Source: Kiritimatiellia bacterium
Lineage (GTDB): Bacteria > Verrucomicrobiota > Kiritimatiellia > JAQICX01
NCBI GenBank assembly: GCA_027858345.1
Contig: JAQICX010000252.1
Coordinates: forward strand, 5,297-69,296
Direction of reading: 5' to 3'
Length of the DNA stretch: 64,000 nt
Shown here: positions 1 to 9,946 of the stretch, piece after piece
Layout of the letters: each line of letters starts with the position of its first letter
Position numbering within the stretch: position 1 is the stretch's first letter
Notes under the pieces: generated by a model
Database searches by the model: none
What the model saw: the letters and a program-made list of their open reading frames with translations, nothing else
Told to the model about the DNA's origin: nothing
Position numbers and translations under genes: made by a program

Positions 1-1
1 C

Positions 2-197
2 GATAGAAATATCAATTCTGATGTGTTGTGTAAAAAATTGGAAAAGTACATTAGTGTGTCGGTTGGTGAGTATGAAGATTTTAGGGATGAGATTTTGGAG
101 AATGCCAAGGATGGCGATGTGATAGTTGTTATGGGGGCGAGGGATCCATATTTGGAGGTCTTTGCAAGGGGATTGACGGTAAAATCAATTAATAATT
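2..197 (+). CDS. 3' end of an upstream gene (partial); the C-terminal 'DGDVIVVMGARD' tail resembles Mur-ligase family C-termini
   Basis: Frame 2 is open from the window edge to a TAA at 195-197. The tail motif VIVVMGA.D resembles the MurC/Mpl-type C-terminus. It is only 65 aa, so the family call is weak. Confidence 0.4.
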
Positions 198-808
198 AAA
201 GATTAATAATTAAGAATTGTGGAGTGCCGCCGGCGGTATTTATAATAGAGGAGAACGTTCAATCCACGCTTTGCGGGACTAGCAAAGCTAGCACGTTCAA
301 CATTCATTCGACCAACGGGAGAACAGCTTTAGGTAGGGCATTACACTGCGTTTCATTGTTGTCGCAAGCTCCAGCCTCACTTCCGCTGGTCGTGTCCCTA
401 AAGCAACGATCCCGCAGAGCGGGAGAAGTGGTCATTATGAATGGCTGACATGCTGTCAGCGGAATTAAGGAATGGCAGAGCCATTGTTTATTTCCTAGGG
501 CGTTGCCGCCAATCATGGCTCCACGGGGGCAAGCCCCGAGGTGACCTCCCCCGTGTCTGCCGTAGCCCAGCGGGCGAAGGTTTATAAAAGCGGGAGGAGC
601 TTTTGCGAACTAGGGTTTGTTTGCAGGCACAACGCCTGTCTTGTCGCGCCGTTGTCTGGGACAGCGAAGGAGGAAGCGTTGGGCGTCATTCTTCGCTTTT
701 CAAGCTTCGCAGGACACAGTTGACCGACGAATAACGAGATATAAACAACAAATTAATAGAATTTAACAAAGAGAAAATTTAAGAGAAAATTGAGATAAGA
801 AAGGGAAA

Positions 809-1486
809 ATGATGAGTTATAAACCAATAACGGAAGCAGGAAAAAAGATTGCACCATATATAGATCATACTGTTTTGAAGCCGGATACAACAACAGATAC
901 TGTTGTGAGGCTATGTGAGGAAGCCATTGAGTATGGTTTTGCCTCTGTTTGTGTTAACCCCAATATGTTGCCGATAGTTGTTGAAAAACTGGCAGGTTCA
1001 AAAGTTCTCCCATGTGTTGTTGTCGGATTCCCATTGGGAACAGAGACTTCAGATGTGAAAGCATATGAAACAGCAAAAGCAGTTGAAGCTGGTGCCGAAG
1101 AAGTTGATATGGTTTTGGATATTTGTGCAGCCAAAGAAGACCGCTTTAAAGATGTAGAAAAAGATGTTGCAGCAGTTGTTGCAGCTGCCGAGGGCAAGCT
1201 TGTGAAAGTTATTTTGGAAACATGTTTTTTAACAGATGAAGAGAAGGTTAAAGCATGTGTCGCTGTAAAAAATGCAGGTGCAGACTACGTGAAAACATCA
1301 ACGGGATTTATGGGTGGAGGTGCAACGGTTGAAGATGTTGCTTTAATGAGAAAAACCGTTGGAGAAAATTTTGGTGTAAAAGCCTCAGGTGGAATTAGAA
1401 ATAGAGATGCAGCATTGGCAATGCTTGAAGCAGGAGCATCACGAATTGGTGTAAGTGCTAGCATTGCAATTGTTACTGAAAATTAG
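809..1486 (+). CDS. deoC: deoxyribose-phosphate aldolase
   Basis: 225 aa. It has the DeoC hallmarks '[10 protein letters not shown]', 'VCVNP' and a Schiff-base lysine in 'VKASGGIR', and the typical DERA length. Confidence 0.9.
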   Translation: MMSYKPITEAGKKIAPYIDHTVLKPDTTTDTVVRLCEEAIEYGFASVCVNPNMLPIVVEKLAGSKVLPCVVVGFPLGTETSDVKAYETAKAVEAGAEEVDMVLDICAAKEDRFKDVEKDVAAVVAAAEGKLVKVILETCFLTDEEKVKACVAVKNAGADYVKTSTGFMGGGATVEDVALMRKTVGENFGVKASGGIRNRDAALAMLEAGASRIGVSASIAIVTEN

Positions 1487-1740
1487 TGCACAGTACACAG
1501 TTCACAGTAATCAGCTGAACTTTACAGTCAAAAATTCTAAACCATGAAGAGCATGAAGCTCATGAAGTTTTTTCATGGCTGACAGCCTATGATAGCACAG
1601 CCTGGGGCAACGCCCTAGGAAAACACAAAGAGCAAGGCTCTTTACCTGCTCACGGCAGTGTCTTGGCTAAAAACTAACAACTTTTATGTGGATATTAAAA
1701 AAGAAAGACTGTGTACTGTATACTGTGAACTGTACACTTG
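1487..1740. repeat. about 250 bp element bounded by imperfect inverted repeats rich in CACAGT/ACTGTG, with a GC-rich hairpin core
   Basis: Left arm 'gcacagtacacagttcacagtaatc...tttacagtc' (1488-1529). Right arm 'gactgtgtactgtatactgtgaactgtacac' (1708-1738). The interior has 'catgaag' x3 and 'ggggcaacgccctagg'. Confidence 0.5.
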
Positions 1741-1746
1741 TTATAA

Positions 1747-2523
1747 ATGATAGATGATGTGACAAAATTTGAGTGGTGGAAAAATCTTCTGCTTTATAGT
1801 GAAAAACCATCAGATGTGTTGAACCGTATGCGTGATGATGGAAAAATTTCTCAACTATCGGAACTTGATGCACTTATTGGTTGTGAGCAGAATGCAAGAT
1901 GGCATCCGGAAGGTGATGTGTGGAATCATACTGTCAACTGTCTAGATGAGTTTGCCAAAAATAGAATTGGCGATGAGTCAGATGATCTGCTTCTTGGTTT
2001 TGCTGTGCTTTGTCATGATTTTGGTAAGCCGTTAAGTTCATTCGTGGAAAAAGGCGAGATTCGTGCCCATGGGCATGATATAAAATCTGTCGAACCGGTG
2101 ACGAGTTTTCTGACATCGCTTGGGGCTGATGAAGATTTTATAGAGAATGTAGTTGCTCTTACTAAAAACCACATGCGTGTTTTTGCTCTTTATCAAGGAA
2201 AATCTGGTAATAATGCAATAAGAAGACTTATGAGAGAAGTTGATAGAATAGATCTGCTTGTGCGTTTGAATAATGCAGATGAGTGTGGTCGCGGGATGGT
2301 TCCGGAGGATGCTGGTCAGGCTGGGAACTGGTTGATTAGCAGGGTCGAGAAGGTTATGGAAAAGGATGCCCTGCCAGAACCTTTAGTCGGCGGAGATGAT
2401 CTTATTAAACTTGGTTATAAGCCTGGTAAGGATATGGGAAGGTTGTTAAAGAAAATGTATAATATTCAGCTTAATAAAGGTGTTGAGAGTAAGGATGAAC
2501 TGCTTTCGAAGATTAATTTGTGA
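1747..2523 (+). CDS. HD-domain metal-dependent phosphohydrolase
   Basis: 258 aa with H..HD-type motifs ('WHPEGDVWNHT', 'LCHDFGK') resembling the HD domain of CCA-adding/YqeK-type enzymes. Confidence 0.7.
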   Translation: MIDDVTKFEWWKNLLLYSEKPSDVLNRMRDDGKISQLSELDALIGCEQNARWHPEGDVWNHTVNCLDEFAKNRIGDESDDLLLGFAVLCHDFGKPLSSFVEKGEIRAHGHDIKSVEPVTSFLTSLGADEDFIENVVALTKNHMRVFALYQGKSGNNAIRRLMREVDRIDLLVRLNNADECGRGMVPEDAGQAGNWLISRVEKVMEKDALPEPLVGGDDLIKLGYKPGKDMGRLLKKMYNIQLNKGVESKDELLSKINL

Positions 2524-2778
2524 TTTTTTTATTAGGTGACCCCTCAGTCATGCTTCGCATGACAGCTCCTCCCGCAGAGCGGGACTAGTTGAACTAGCCG
2601 GGGAGCAGTTTTGGCGAACTGAACTATTACTTTGTTTCAAAAAGCAGGGACTCATATTCTTACTCCTCCCAGGCTAGCTCGCTAGTCCCGCTCTGCGGGA
2701 GGAGGTGACCTCGCGTGCGAGGTCGGAGGGGTGGTATTTCGGCATCGGGAGACCAGTCAATACCTTGCCAGGTAAGGC

Positions 2779-2816
2779 AAAAAAAAACACGTTGTGAGAA
2801 CAACGTGTTTTTTTGT
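2779..2816. terminator. bidirectional intrinsic terminator (A8 - 10 bp perfect stem AACACGTTGT/ACAACGTGTT with 4 nt loop - T7)
   Basis: A perfect hairpin at 2786-2809 is flanked by an A-run on one side and a T-run on the other. It lies between the convergent HD gene (+) and the trpB-like gene (-). Confidence 0.7.
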
Positions 2817-2831
2817 GTAAGAACAGGTTTT

Positions 2832-4037
2832 TTAGTCGCCAGTTCCCCAGTTTTCAATTACGTAATCAAGGTCTTTGTCACCACGACCACTTAGGTTTAC
2901 CAGGATTGAGCCTGTATCCATCTCTTTTGCTTTTTTGAGTGCAAATGCAAGAGCATGAGCACTTTCAATTGCAGGTATAATACCTTCTTGTCTCGAGAGT
3001 TTAAAGAATGCATCGCGACATTCAGAGTCAAGGCATGTTGTGTATTCAACTCGCCCTGTATCTTTCAAGTAGCAATGTTCAGGTCCGACGCCCGGATAGT
3101 CTAAACCACTTGCGCATGAATATACTGGTGCAGGTTCGCCTGCCTCATCTTGAAGAAGATAGCATTTGAATCCATGGATAATACCTTCCGTACCATATGT
3201 CATTGTTGCAGCGTGTTCGCCGATTTTTGTGCCAGTGCCAAGAGGTTCAACACCGATAATTTCACATGGATCATTAAGGAAGGCTGAGAAAAGACCAATA
3301 GCATTGGAACCGCCACCAACACAAGCTGTTACTACATCAGGAAGATTACCTGTCATTTCAAAGAATTGCTCTCTTGCTTCAATACCAACAACTTTCTGGA
3401 AGTCTCTGACCATTAACGGAAATGGATGAGGTCCTACAACTGAACCAATACAGTAAATGGAATTTTCATAATCTTCCAGATAGGCCATAAATGCAGAGTC
3501 AACCGCTTCTTTAAGAGTCTTTAGTCCAAATGAAACTGGCACAACTTTTGCACCCAGCAGTTGCATTCTGCTAACGTTTGGAGCCTGTTTTACAATATCA
3601 ACATCGCCCATATGAATTTCACATTCAAGTCCAAAATATGCAGCAGCAGTTGCAAGAGCAACACCATGTTGTCCGGCACCTGTTTCAGCAATAAGCTTTT
3701 TCTTGCCCATATATTTTGCAAGTAGACCTTCACCCATACAATGGTTGATTTTGTGGGCACCAGTGTGGTTTAAGTCTTCTCGTTTTAGATAAATTTGAGC
3801 TCCACCATTGTTATCTGAAAGTGTTTTTGCATGAAATACCGGTGTCGGTCTTCCTTGAAAATGTTTTCTAATTGAACGAAGTTCTGATATAAATGATGCA
3901 TCGTCTTGTATTTTGTTGTATGCTTCAATAATTTCAGCAAATGGCTTTTCCAGTTGTGGTGGAAGGAACTTGCCTCCATAGTTGCCGAAGAACCCTTCGC
4001 TGTTTGGCACGCAATTTTTTTTGAACTTATTTGTCAT
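2832..4037 (-). CDS. trpB: tryptophan synthase beta chain-like PLP enzyme (TrpB2-type, standalone)
   Basis: 401 aa. It has the PLP-lysine motif 'HTGAHKINH' and the 'GGGSNAIG' glycine loop. The N-terminal extension is typical of TrpB2. No trpA is adjacent. Confidence 0.85.
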   Translation of the reverse strand: MTNKFKKNCVPNSEGFFGNYGGKFLPPQLEKPFAEIIEAYNKIQDDASFISELRSIRKHFQGRPTPVFHAKTLSDNNGGAQIYLKREDLNHTGAHKINHCMGEGLLAKYMGKKKLIAETGAGQHGVALATAAAYFGLECEIHMGDVDIVKQAPNVSRMQLLGAKVVPVSFGLKTLKEAVDSAFMAYLEDYENSIYCIGSVVGPHPFPLMVRDFQKVVGIEAREQFFEMTGNLPDVVTACVGGGSNAIGLFSAFLNDPCEIIGVEPLGTGTKIGEHAATMTYGTEGIIHGFKCYLLQDEAGEPAPVYSCASGLDYPGVGPEHCYLKDTGRVEYTTCLDSECRDAFFKLSRQEGIIPAIESAHALAFALKKAKEMDTGSILVNLSGRGDKDLDYVIENWGTGD

Positions 4038-4203
4038 TGTTACTCCTGTATTTCAAGTTTTGTGAAAAAAATTTGTTATTGCGAATGATAACAGTAATTT
4101 TGTTGATTTACAATATTTTTTTATTGAAAAAAATGAGAATTTTTGCTAAATATAACCGCTTACTTTTTTAGGCAGAAAAGATTTACAAATATATACTTAA
4201 GGA

Positions 4204-5892
4204 ATGAAAATGAAAATAGTTTTTGGAGCGGATCATGGTGGGGCTGAATTGAAGAAACAATTGATTGATTCTTGTAAAGAGGGTGGATATGATTTTGAAG
4301 ATTTTGGTTGTTTAGGAGAAGAGTCAGTTGATTATTCAGATTATGCATTGAAAGTTTGTGATGCTGTCAGCCGCGGCAGTGCAGATCGGGGAGTTTTAAT
4401 CTGCACAACTGGAATTGGTATGTCCATGGGGGCTAACCGTTTCCCTGGAATAAGAGCAGCTCTTTGTAGCGATATTGATTCTGCAGAGATATCTCGTGAC
4501 CACAATAATTCAAATGTTTTGGTTCTTGCAGGCAAAAACATTGAGTCCAAAGATAATGTTTCAATACTTGAAGCTTGGCTAAATAAGCCATTTTCAAATG
4601 GGGAAAGACATATACGCCGTTTAGAAAAACTGGAATCAAATAGTAAATTTTATGCAGAAACTGCAGAGTTATTTGAAAGTGATCCTGAAATTTATGAAGC
4701 AATTCTAAATGAAAACAAACGTCAGAACACAATGTTGAACCTTATTGCTTCAGAAAACTATACTACACCAGCTGTTAGAGAAGCTCAAGGCTCTGCAATG
4801 ACCAATAAATATGCAGAAGGTTACCCAGCGAAACGTTGGTATAATGGTTGTGATTTTGTTGATGTTGCAGAAAAATTTGCAATTGATAGAGCCAAAGAGC
4901 TATTTGGTGCGGACCATGCAAATGTTCAGCCTCATTCGGGTAGTTCTGCTAACATGGGCGTATACTTTGCTGTACTGAAGCCAGGTGACAAGATTCTTGC
5001 AATGGAATTGGCTCATGGTGGTCATCTTACACACGGTAGTCCTGTAAACTTTTCTGGTATTCTATATGACTTTGTATCTTATGGTGTATCTGCTGAAACA
5101 GGTTGTATTGATTATGATGCTTTAGCTAAACAGGCTTTAGAAGAAAAACCAAAAATGATTGTTGCAGGAGCAAGCGCTTATTCAAGAATTTTGGAGTTTG
5201 ATAAATTCAAAGCGATTGCTGATAGCGTTGGGGCATACCTAATGGTTGATATGGCTCATATTGCTGGCTTGGTTGCTGCCGGGGTTCATCCTAACCCTGT
5301 TCCATACTCTGATTTTGTTACAACAACAACGCATAAAACACTTAGAGGTCCTCGAGGTGGTATGATTCTTTGTAAAGAGGAGTATGCAGCAGCAATTGAC
5401 AAAGCTATTTTTCCTGGATTACAAGGAGGCCCACTGATGCACGTTATTGCAGCTAAAGCCGTTTGCTTCCATGAAGCAATGCAACAAAACTTTAAGGAAT
5501 ATGGTGTGCAAGTTGTTAAGAATGCTGCTGTTTTATGCGAAAAAATTAAAGCAGCTGGTTTTAGGGTTATTTCTGATGGGACAGATAATCATCTGTTTCT
5601 TGTAGATGTTTTAAGTAGTGGTTTGACTGGCAAGACTGCTGCGATTGCTTTGGATAAAGCGGGGATTATTGTTAACAAAAATGGTATTCCTTTTGATACT
5701 AAAAGCCCATTTGTAACTTCTGGTATCAGAATTGGTTCGCCAACTGTGACATCTCATGGAATGAAAGAGGCAGAAATGGAGCAGATTGCTGACTTGATTA
5801 TTCGTGTTCTACAGGATCATGAAAATGAAGAGTTACTTGCTCAGGTTAAAGTTGAAGTTGAACAATTGGCAGAAACGTTTCATAAAGATTAA
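4204..5892 (+). CDS. glyA: fusion protein: ribose-5-phosphate isomerase B (RpiB/LacAB) N-domain + serine hydroxymethyltransferase
   Basis: N-terminal residues 1-150 ('[18 protein letters not shown]...[23 protein letters not shown]') match RpiB. From about residue 160, '[18 protein letters not shown]', '[14 protein letters not shown]' (PLP lysine) and the rest are canonical SHMT. It is one uninterrupted 562 aa ORF. Confidence 0.85.
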   Translation: MKMKIVFGADHGGAELKKQLIDSCKEGGYDFEDFGCLGEESVDYSDYALKVCDAVSRGSADRGVLICTTGIGMSMGANRFPGIRAALCSDIDSAEISRDHNNSNVLVLAGKNIESKDNVSILEAWLNKPFSNGERHIRRLEKLESNSKFYAETAELFESDPEIYEAILNENKRQNTMLNLIASENYTTPAVREAQGSAMTNKYAEGYPAKRWYNGCDFVDVAEKFAIDRAKELFGADHANVQPHSGSSANMGVYFAVLKPGDKILAMELAHGGHLTHGSPVNFSGILYDFVSYGVSAETGCIDYDALAKQALEEKPKMIVAGASAYSRILEFDKFKAIADSVGAYLMVDMAHIAGLVAAGVHPNPVPYSDFVTTTTHKTLRGPRGGMILCKEEYAAAIDKAIFPGLQGGPLMHVIAAKAVCFHEAMQQNFKEYGVQVVKNAAVLCEKIKAAGFRVISDGTDNHLFLVDVLSSGLTGKTAAIALDKAGIIVNKNGIPFDTKSPFVTSGIRIGSPTVTSHGMKEAEMEQIADLIIRVLQDHENEELLAQVKVEVEQLAETFHKD

Positions 5893-5949
5893 CACAATAT
5901 TTGTATATAGTTAATCGTATTATCCTTAGTCTTTCGGTTAGAGATAAAT

Positions 5950-6030
5950 ATGTACGTTTGAGTCAATAAAATTAGCAGAAAACACATTGTTTATCACCAA
6001 TAGGGTGATAAATATGAAAAATAATTTTTA
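5950..6030 (+). repeat. about 80 bp repeat carrying the inverted repeat TTTATCACC-n5-GGTGATAAA (copy 1)
   Basis: Near-identical to the reverse complement of 26870-26960. The core palindrome is at about 5996-6018. Confidence 0.7.
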
Positions 6031-6214
6031 ATGACGATGAGGACATCGTCGCTCCCATTCCTACAAGACAATATTGATTTGCAAGTTTGGGAGCGAGAAC
6101 GTCCTCGTTCTCATAAAGTGTCTTAACCGAAAAGTTGAGGGTAATATAATTAGTAGTTGATAATTAGTTAATTACATGGGATATTATGTATATAAGTAGG
6201 GTTGTGGTTCTATT

Positions 6215-6898
6215 TTGATATTGAGGGTTATTATGGAAAAAAATATTTTTAAATTATATATTATTATATTTAGTGTTTTATTGTTTGGTTGCGGCGGAGG
6301 AGGGTCTGGCAGTGGTCCTGAACCACCAGATCCGGGACCAGAGATCGTTTTAGATCCCGGAACGTATATTGCACTTGGCTGTGGTATTACAGAGGGATCT
6401 GCTCATGGACAGACCATAGCATGGCCTGAGTTTCTTGATGACATGCTGCGTGGTGTTATAGTGGTGAATCTGGGTAATAGTCGAACATATGCTGTTTATG
6501 GTGCATATCACATTGAGGATTATATATTAGAATATAAGCCTAGATGTGTTATGGTTCTTTATGGTGTTAATGATATTGCTGCTGGATTGCCGGCTAACGA
6601 TATACTTGAGGATCTGGAGAGCATTGTTCAGGTTTGTCAGTATTACGGTTCGGATGTGATTTTGGGTACACTACCTGATGTACCTGTGTTTACATCTGAA
6701 AACAGACGTGAATTAGTCGATTTAAATATAGGCATCATCTCATTATGCTCAAGATATGGAATTAACTACGCAGATGTATATAAAGCTCTTAGAGATCCAT
6801 CGTTGTTTAGAGATGATGGACTGCATCCAACAGATGAAGGAGAAGATGATATTGCGATTGTTTATCGCCGTGTCATCAGAGACATGTATGGTTTTTAG
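6215..6898 (+). CDS. SGNH/GDSL-family hydrolase lipoprotein
   Basis: Signal peptide plus a Cys-Gly-rich lipobox region ('LLFGCGGGGSGSG'). SGNH blocks: 'LGNSRT', 'VLYGVNDI', 'DGLHPTDEG'. Confidence 0.7.
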   Translation: MILRVIMEKNIFKLYIIIFSVLLFGCGGGGSGSGPEPPDPGPEIVLDPGTYIALGCGITEGSAHGQTIAWPEFLDDMLRGVIVVNLGNSRTYAVYGAYHIEDYILEYKPRCVMVLYGVNDIAAGLPANDILEDLESIVQVCQYYGSDVILGTLPDVPVFTSENRRELVDLNIGIISLCSRYGINYADVYKALRDPSLFRDDGLHPTDEGEDDIAIVYRRVIRDMYGF

Positions 6899-7534
6899 GT
6901 TGAACAACCTATTGTTGTTAAAATATATTAACTGTTAATTTCATAATCTAATTGAAACTTATCTGATTGTTGTTACCCTCGTTTTTTTTGCTTAATGCCG
7001 TTAGGAGCTGGCATGTACCTCGCTCCTATAATTTGTAATTTTTTTCAATTGCTCTGCCAACGAATAACGAGCTGTGTTCAAAAATAAGCGAACTATGTTA
7101 GGGCATCCTGTTCGATTAATAAACTGCCTATTGATAAAGTGTTAAACCATCGCAAATATACTAAAAGTGCAAGTTTTTCTCTTTTTTGCAAAAAAAAGAG
7201 TGCAGATGACGTTGTTAAAATTATATTCATTTTATGAATCTGTAATGCGATAATACCTGATTTTTTACTATGCAACAAGTATCCCGCGGAGCGGGATCCC
7301 GCAAGGCGGGACCGCGAGCTAAAGGCGAAAGTGTCTTATTGCAAAATCTCCAGCATTCTCACATTAAACAGTAAGCCCTATGTCATTCAACCTAAAAGAT
7401 GAAATTATAGTTGTTTTCTATAAAAAAAACAGCATATATTTGATATTATGGTTGAAAATAATTTCTATATATATTATCGTACGACCATTATAAATTGAAA
7501 CCGTTTTACATATAAAGATTTGGAGTAATTAAAC

Positions 7535-9022
7535 ATGGCAAAAGTCAAATTTATTAATGGACCATATGATGGACAGGAACTTGCGATACCAGAAGACGGA
7601 ATAACAATTGGACGAGGTAAAAGTTGTTCTGTAGTGATTGATGATAACAAAGTATCCAGAGAGCACGCAGCTGTTCGTATTGAAAATGGTAATTGGTGGG
7701 TTTACGATCTGCAAAGTTCAAACGGCACACGGGTGAATGATTCAGATATTTCAGCTTATGAACTTTCCGATGGTGATGTTATTGAAGTTGGTGGTCTTAA
7801 GTTTGTTTTTGAAACAGAAGGAGAAGCTATCTCTTCTCCTGATACACTTTTGTCAATTGAAAGTGACAGACCAATTCCATCATCAAAACATAAAGCTCAA
7901 ACAAGTAAGCAGAAAGCTGTTAGTACCATCGATGGCAAAGCAGAAACCAGTGTTAGTGATGAAAAAAATGCAGAAGTACGTCCTGCTCCATCACCAGGTA
8001 TTAATGCATCTGACATCTCGGACGATGATGTAGAAGCTGTTGCAGAGCTTAATGCCGCATATAAAACAATGCATGAGCAGTTAGGTAAAGTTATTATTGG
8101 TCAAAAAGATGTTATTGAAGAAGTTCTTATTGCAATTTTCTGTAGAGGACATGCACTTCTTGTTGGTGTTCCTGGTGTTGCTAAGACTCTAATGATTAGT
8201 ACTCTTAGTCATGTGCTTGATTTAAGTTTTAAGAGAATTCAGTTTACTCCTGACTTGATGCCTTCTGATATTTCTGGTACAGACGTGCTTGAAGAAAATA
8301 AATCAACAGGGATGCGTGAGTTTAGATTTGTTAAAGGTCCAATTTTTGCCAACATGCTACTTGCTGATGAAATTAACAGAACACCACCAAAGACACAGGC
8401 ATCATTGCTTGAAGCCATGCAGGAGCATAGAGTTACAGTTGGTGACAAAACCTATCATCTTCCTGAGCCGTTTTTTGTGCTTGCCACACAGAACCCAATT
8501 GAACAGGAAGGTACATATCCTTTGCCGGAAGCTCAGCTTGACCGTTTTATGTTTAATATCATTGTTGATTATCCAACATTTGAAGAAGAGCATGCAATTA
8601 TTCGTCAAGTGACAGGTACACACAAGGCTGAACTTGAAGTTGCAATTAATGCACAAGATGTTCTCAAACTGCAACAATTGATTAAACGTGTTCCTGTTGC
8701 GGATCATGTTATTGAGTTTGCTTGCAGTTTGGTTCGTGCAACTCGTCCTAAGTCAGACGAAGCTCCAGATTTCATAAAAGAACTTGTTAGTTGGGGTGCA
8801 GGACCACGTGCTGGTATCAGTTTGATTACAGCATCCAAAGCTAGAGCTGTTTTACATGGTCGCTTTCATGCTACAAGCGAAGATGTTGAGATTATGGCAT
8901 ATCCAGTTCTTCGTCATCGTGTTATCACCACTTTTAATGCTGAAGCAGCTGGTGTAACAAGTGATGATGTTATCAAAAGATTAATTGAATATAAACGCCC
9001 AAAAGAATCACTTAGAGTATAA
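7535..9022 (+). CDS. FHA domain fused to MoxR-family AAA+ ATPase
   Basis: The N-terminal 100 aa is an FHA domain ('[25 protein letters not shown]...NGTRVN'). The C-terminal 320 aa is MoxR-like ('[14 protein letters not shown]', '[23 protein letters not shown]'). Its stop overlaps the next gene's start codon. Confidence 0.85.
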   Translation: MAKVKFINGPYDGQELAIPEDGITIGRGKSCSVVIDDNKVSREHAAVRIENGNWWVYDLQSSNGTRVNDSDISAYELSDGDVIEVGGLKFVFETEGEAISSPDTLLSIESDRPIPSSKHKAQTSKQKAVSTIDGKAETSVSDEKNAEVRPAPSPGINASDISDDDVEAVAELNAAYKTMHEQLGKVIIGQKDVIEEVLIAIFCRGHALLVGVPGVAKTLMISTLSHVLDLSFKRIQFTPDLMPSDISGTDVLEENKSTGMREFRFVKGPIFANMLLADEINRTPPKTQASLLEAMQEHRVTVGDKTYHLPEPFFVLATQNPIEQEGTYPLPEAQLDRFMFNIIVDYPTFEEEHAIIRQVTGTHKAELEVAINAQDVLKLQQLIKRVPVADHVIEFACSLVRATRPKSDEAPDFIKELVSWGAGPRAGISLITASKARAVLHGRFHATSEDVEIMAYPVLRHRVITTFNAEAAGVTSDDVIKRLIEYKRPKESLRV

Positions 9023-9945
9023 TGCTTGAAACACCATCATATATGAAATTGCTGCCTACCGAGACAGTTTCAACTCTTGGTAGGTTAGAGTTCCTTGCAA
9101 AAGGCGTTATGGAGGGGACGATTAGCGGTCGTCATCGAAGCCCTCATAAAGGATCGTCTGTTGAATTTGCAGAACATAGGCAGTATGTTCCAGGAGATGA
9201 TTTAAGAAACTTGGACTGGCGAGTTCTAGGTCGTACTGACAAGTATTATATTCGTCAGTATGATGATGAGACGAATCTTCGTGCGACATTAATGGTTGAT
9301 GCCTCTGGGTCTATGAATTATCGTGGAGAGCAAAGTGCTGAACTAGATGGTAAAAAACTTTCCAAATTTGAATATGCACAGCATTTAGCTGCAGCATTGA
9401 CCTATCTATTGATTCATCAGCAGGATGCAGTTGGGTTGGTTACATTTGATTCCAAGTTACGACGTTATATGCCGGCAAAAGGTAAGCCTAGTCAGATTCG
9501 TTTGATTTTACAGGAGCTTGAGAACACAGAACCAGGTGGTGACACTTCTATACCTGATATTTTTCATGATATTGCAGAAAGAATTCATGCTCGTGGTGTT
9601 GTCGTTATAATCAGTGATTTGTTTGATTCTGCAGAAGAGATAATCAAAGCACTGCATCATTTCAAATATAGAAAACATGAAGTAATTGTTCTTCATATTA
9701 TGGCAGAAGAAGAACTTACATTTCCATTTAACAGTTTCACGCGTTTTAAGGACCTTGAAGATTCAGAGGTGGCATTGCCAATTGATCCAAAAACACTTAA
9801 AGCTATGTATCTTGATAAAGTGTCGTCATTTCTATCAACTTTGGAAAATGATTGTGGCAAATTGAAAATTGAGTATATTCCAATATCAACAGCGAAACCT
9901 TATGATGCAGCTTTAGCTGAATATTTAACGGCAAGGAGAATGTAA
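9022..9945 (+). CDS. DUF58 family protein (vWA-like MoxR partner)
   Basis: 'GRHRSPHKGSSVEFAEHRQYVPGDDLRNLDWRV' is the conserved DUF58 core. It is translationally coupled to the MoxR gene. Confidence 0.85.
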   Translation: MLETPSYMKLLPTETVSTLGRLEFLAKGVMEGTISGRHRSPHKGSSVEFAEHRQYVPGDDLRNLDWRVLGRTDKYYIRQYDDETNLRATLMVDASGSMNYRGEQSAELDGKKLSKFEYAQHLAAALTYLLIHQQDAVGLVTFDSKLRRYMPAKGKPSQIRLILQELENTEPGGDTSIPDIFHDIAERIHARGVVVIISDLFDSAEEIIKALHHFKYRKHEVIVLHIMAEEELTFPFNSFTRFKDLEDSEVALPIDPKTLKAMYLDKVSSFLSTLENDCGKLKIEYIPISTAKPYDAALAEYLTARRM

Positions 9946-9946
9946 T

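Noticed and set aside
224-723. ORFs 224..448 (+), 304..516 (-), 541..723 (+) of 60-74 aa
   Set aside because: They lie entirely inside GC-rich palindromic repeat units. Their amino-acid composition (Arg/Ala/Pro/Gly-rich) reflects GC content, and they have no start or RBS context or homolog.
865-1197. Antisense/shadow ORFs within well-supported genes (e.g. 865..1197, 3166..3429, 8402..8707, 22496..23035, 26995..27519, 33976..34398, 62154..62516)
   Set aside because: They overlap strongly supported CDSs on the other strand and have low-complexity or AT-skewed composition.
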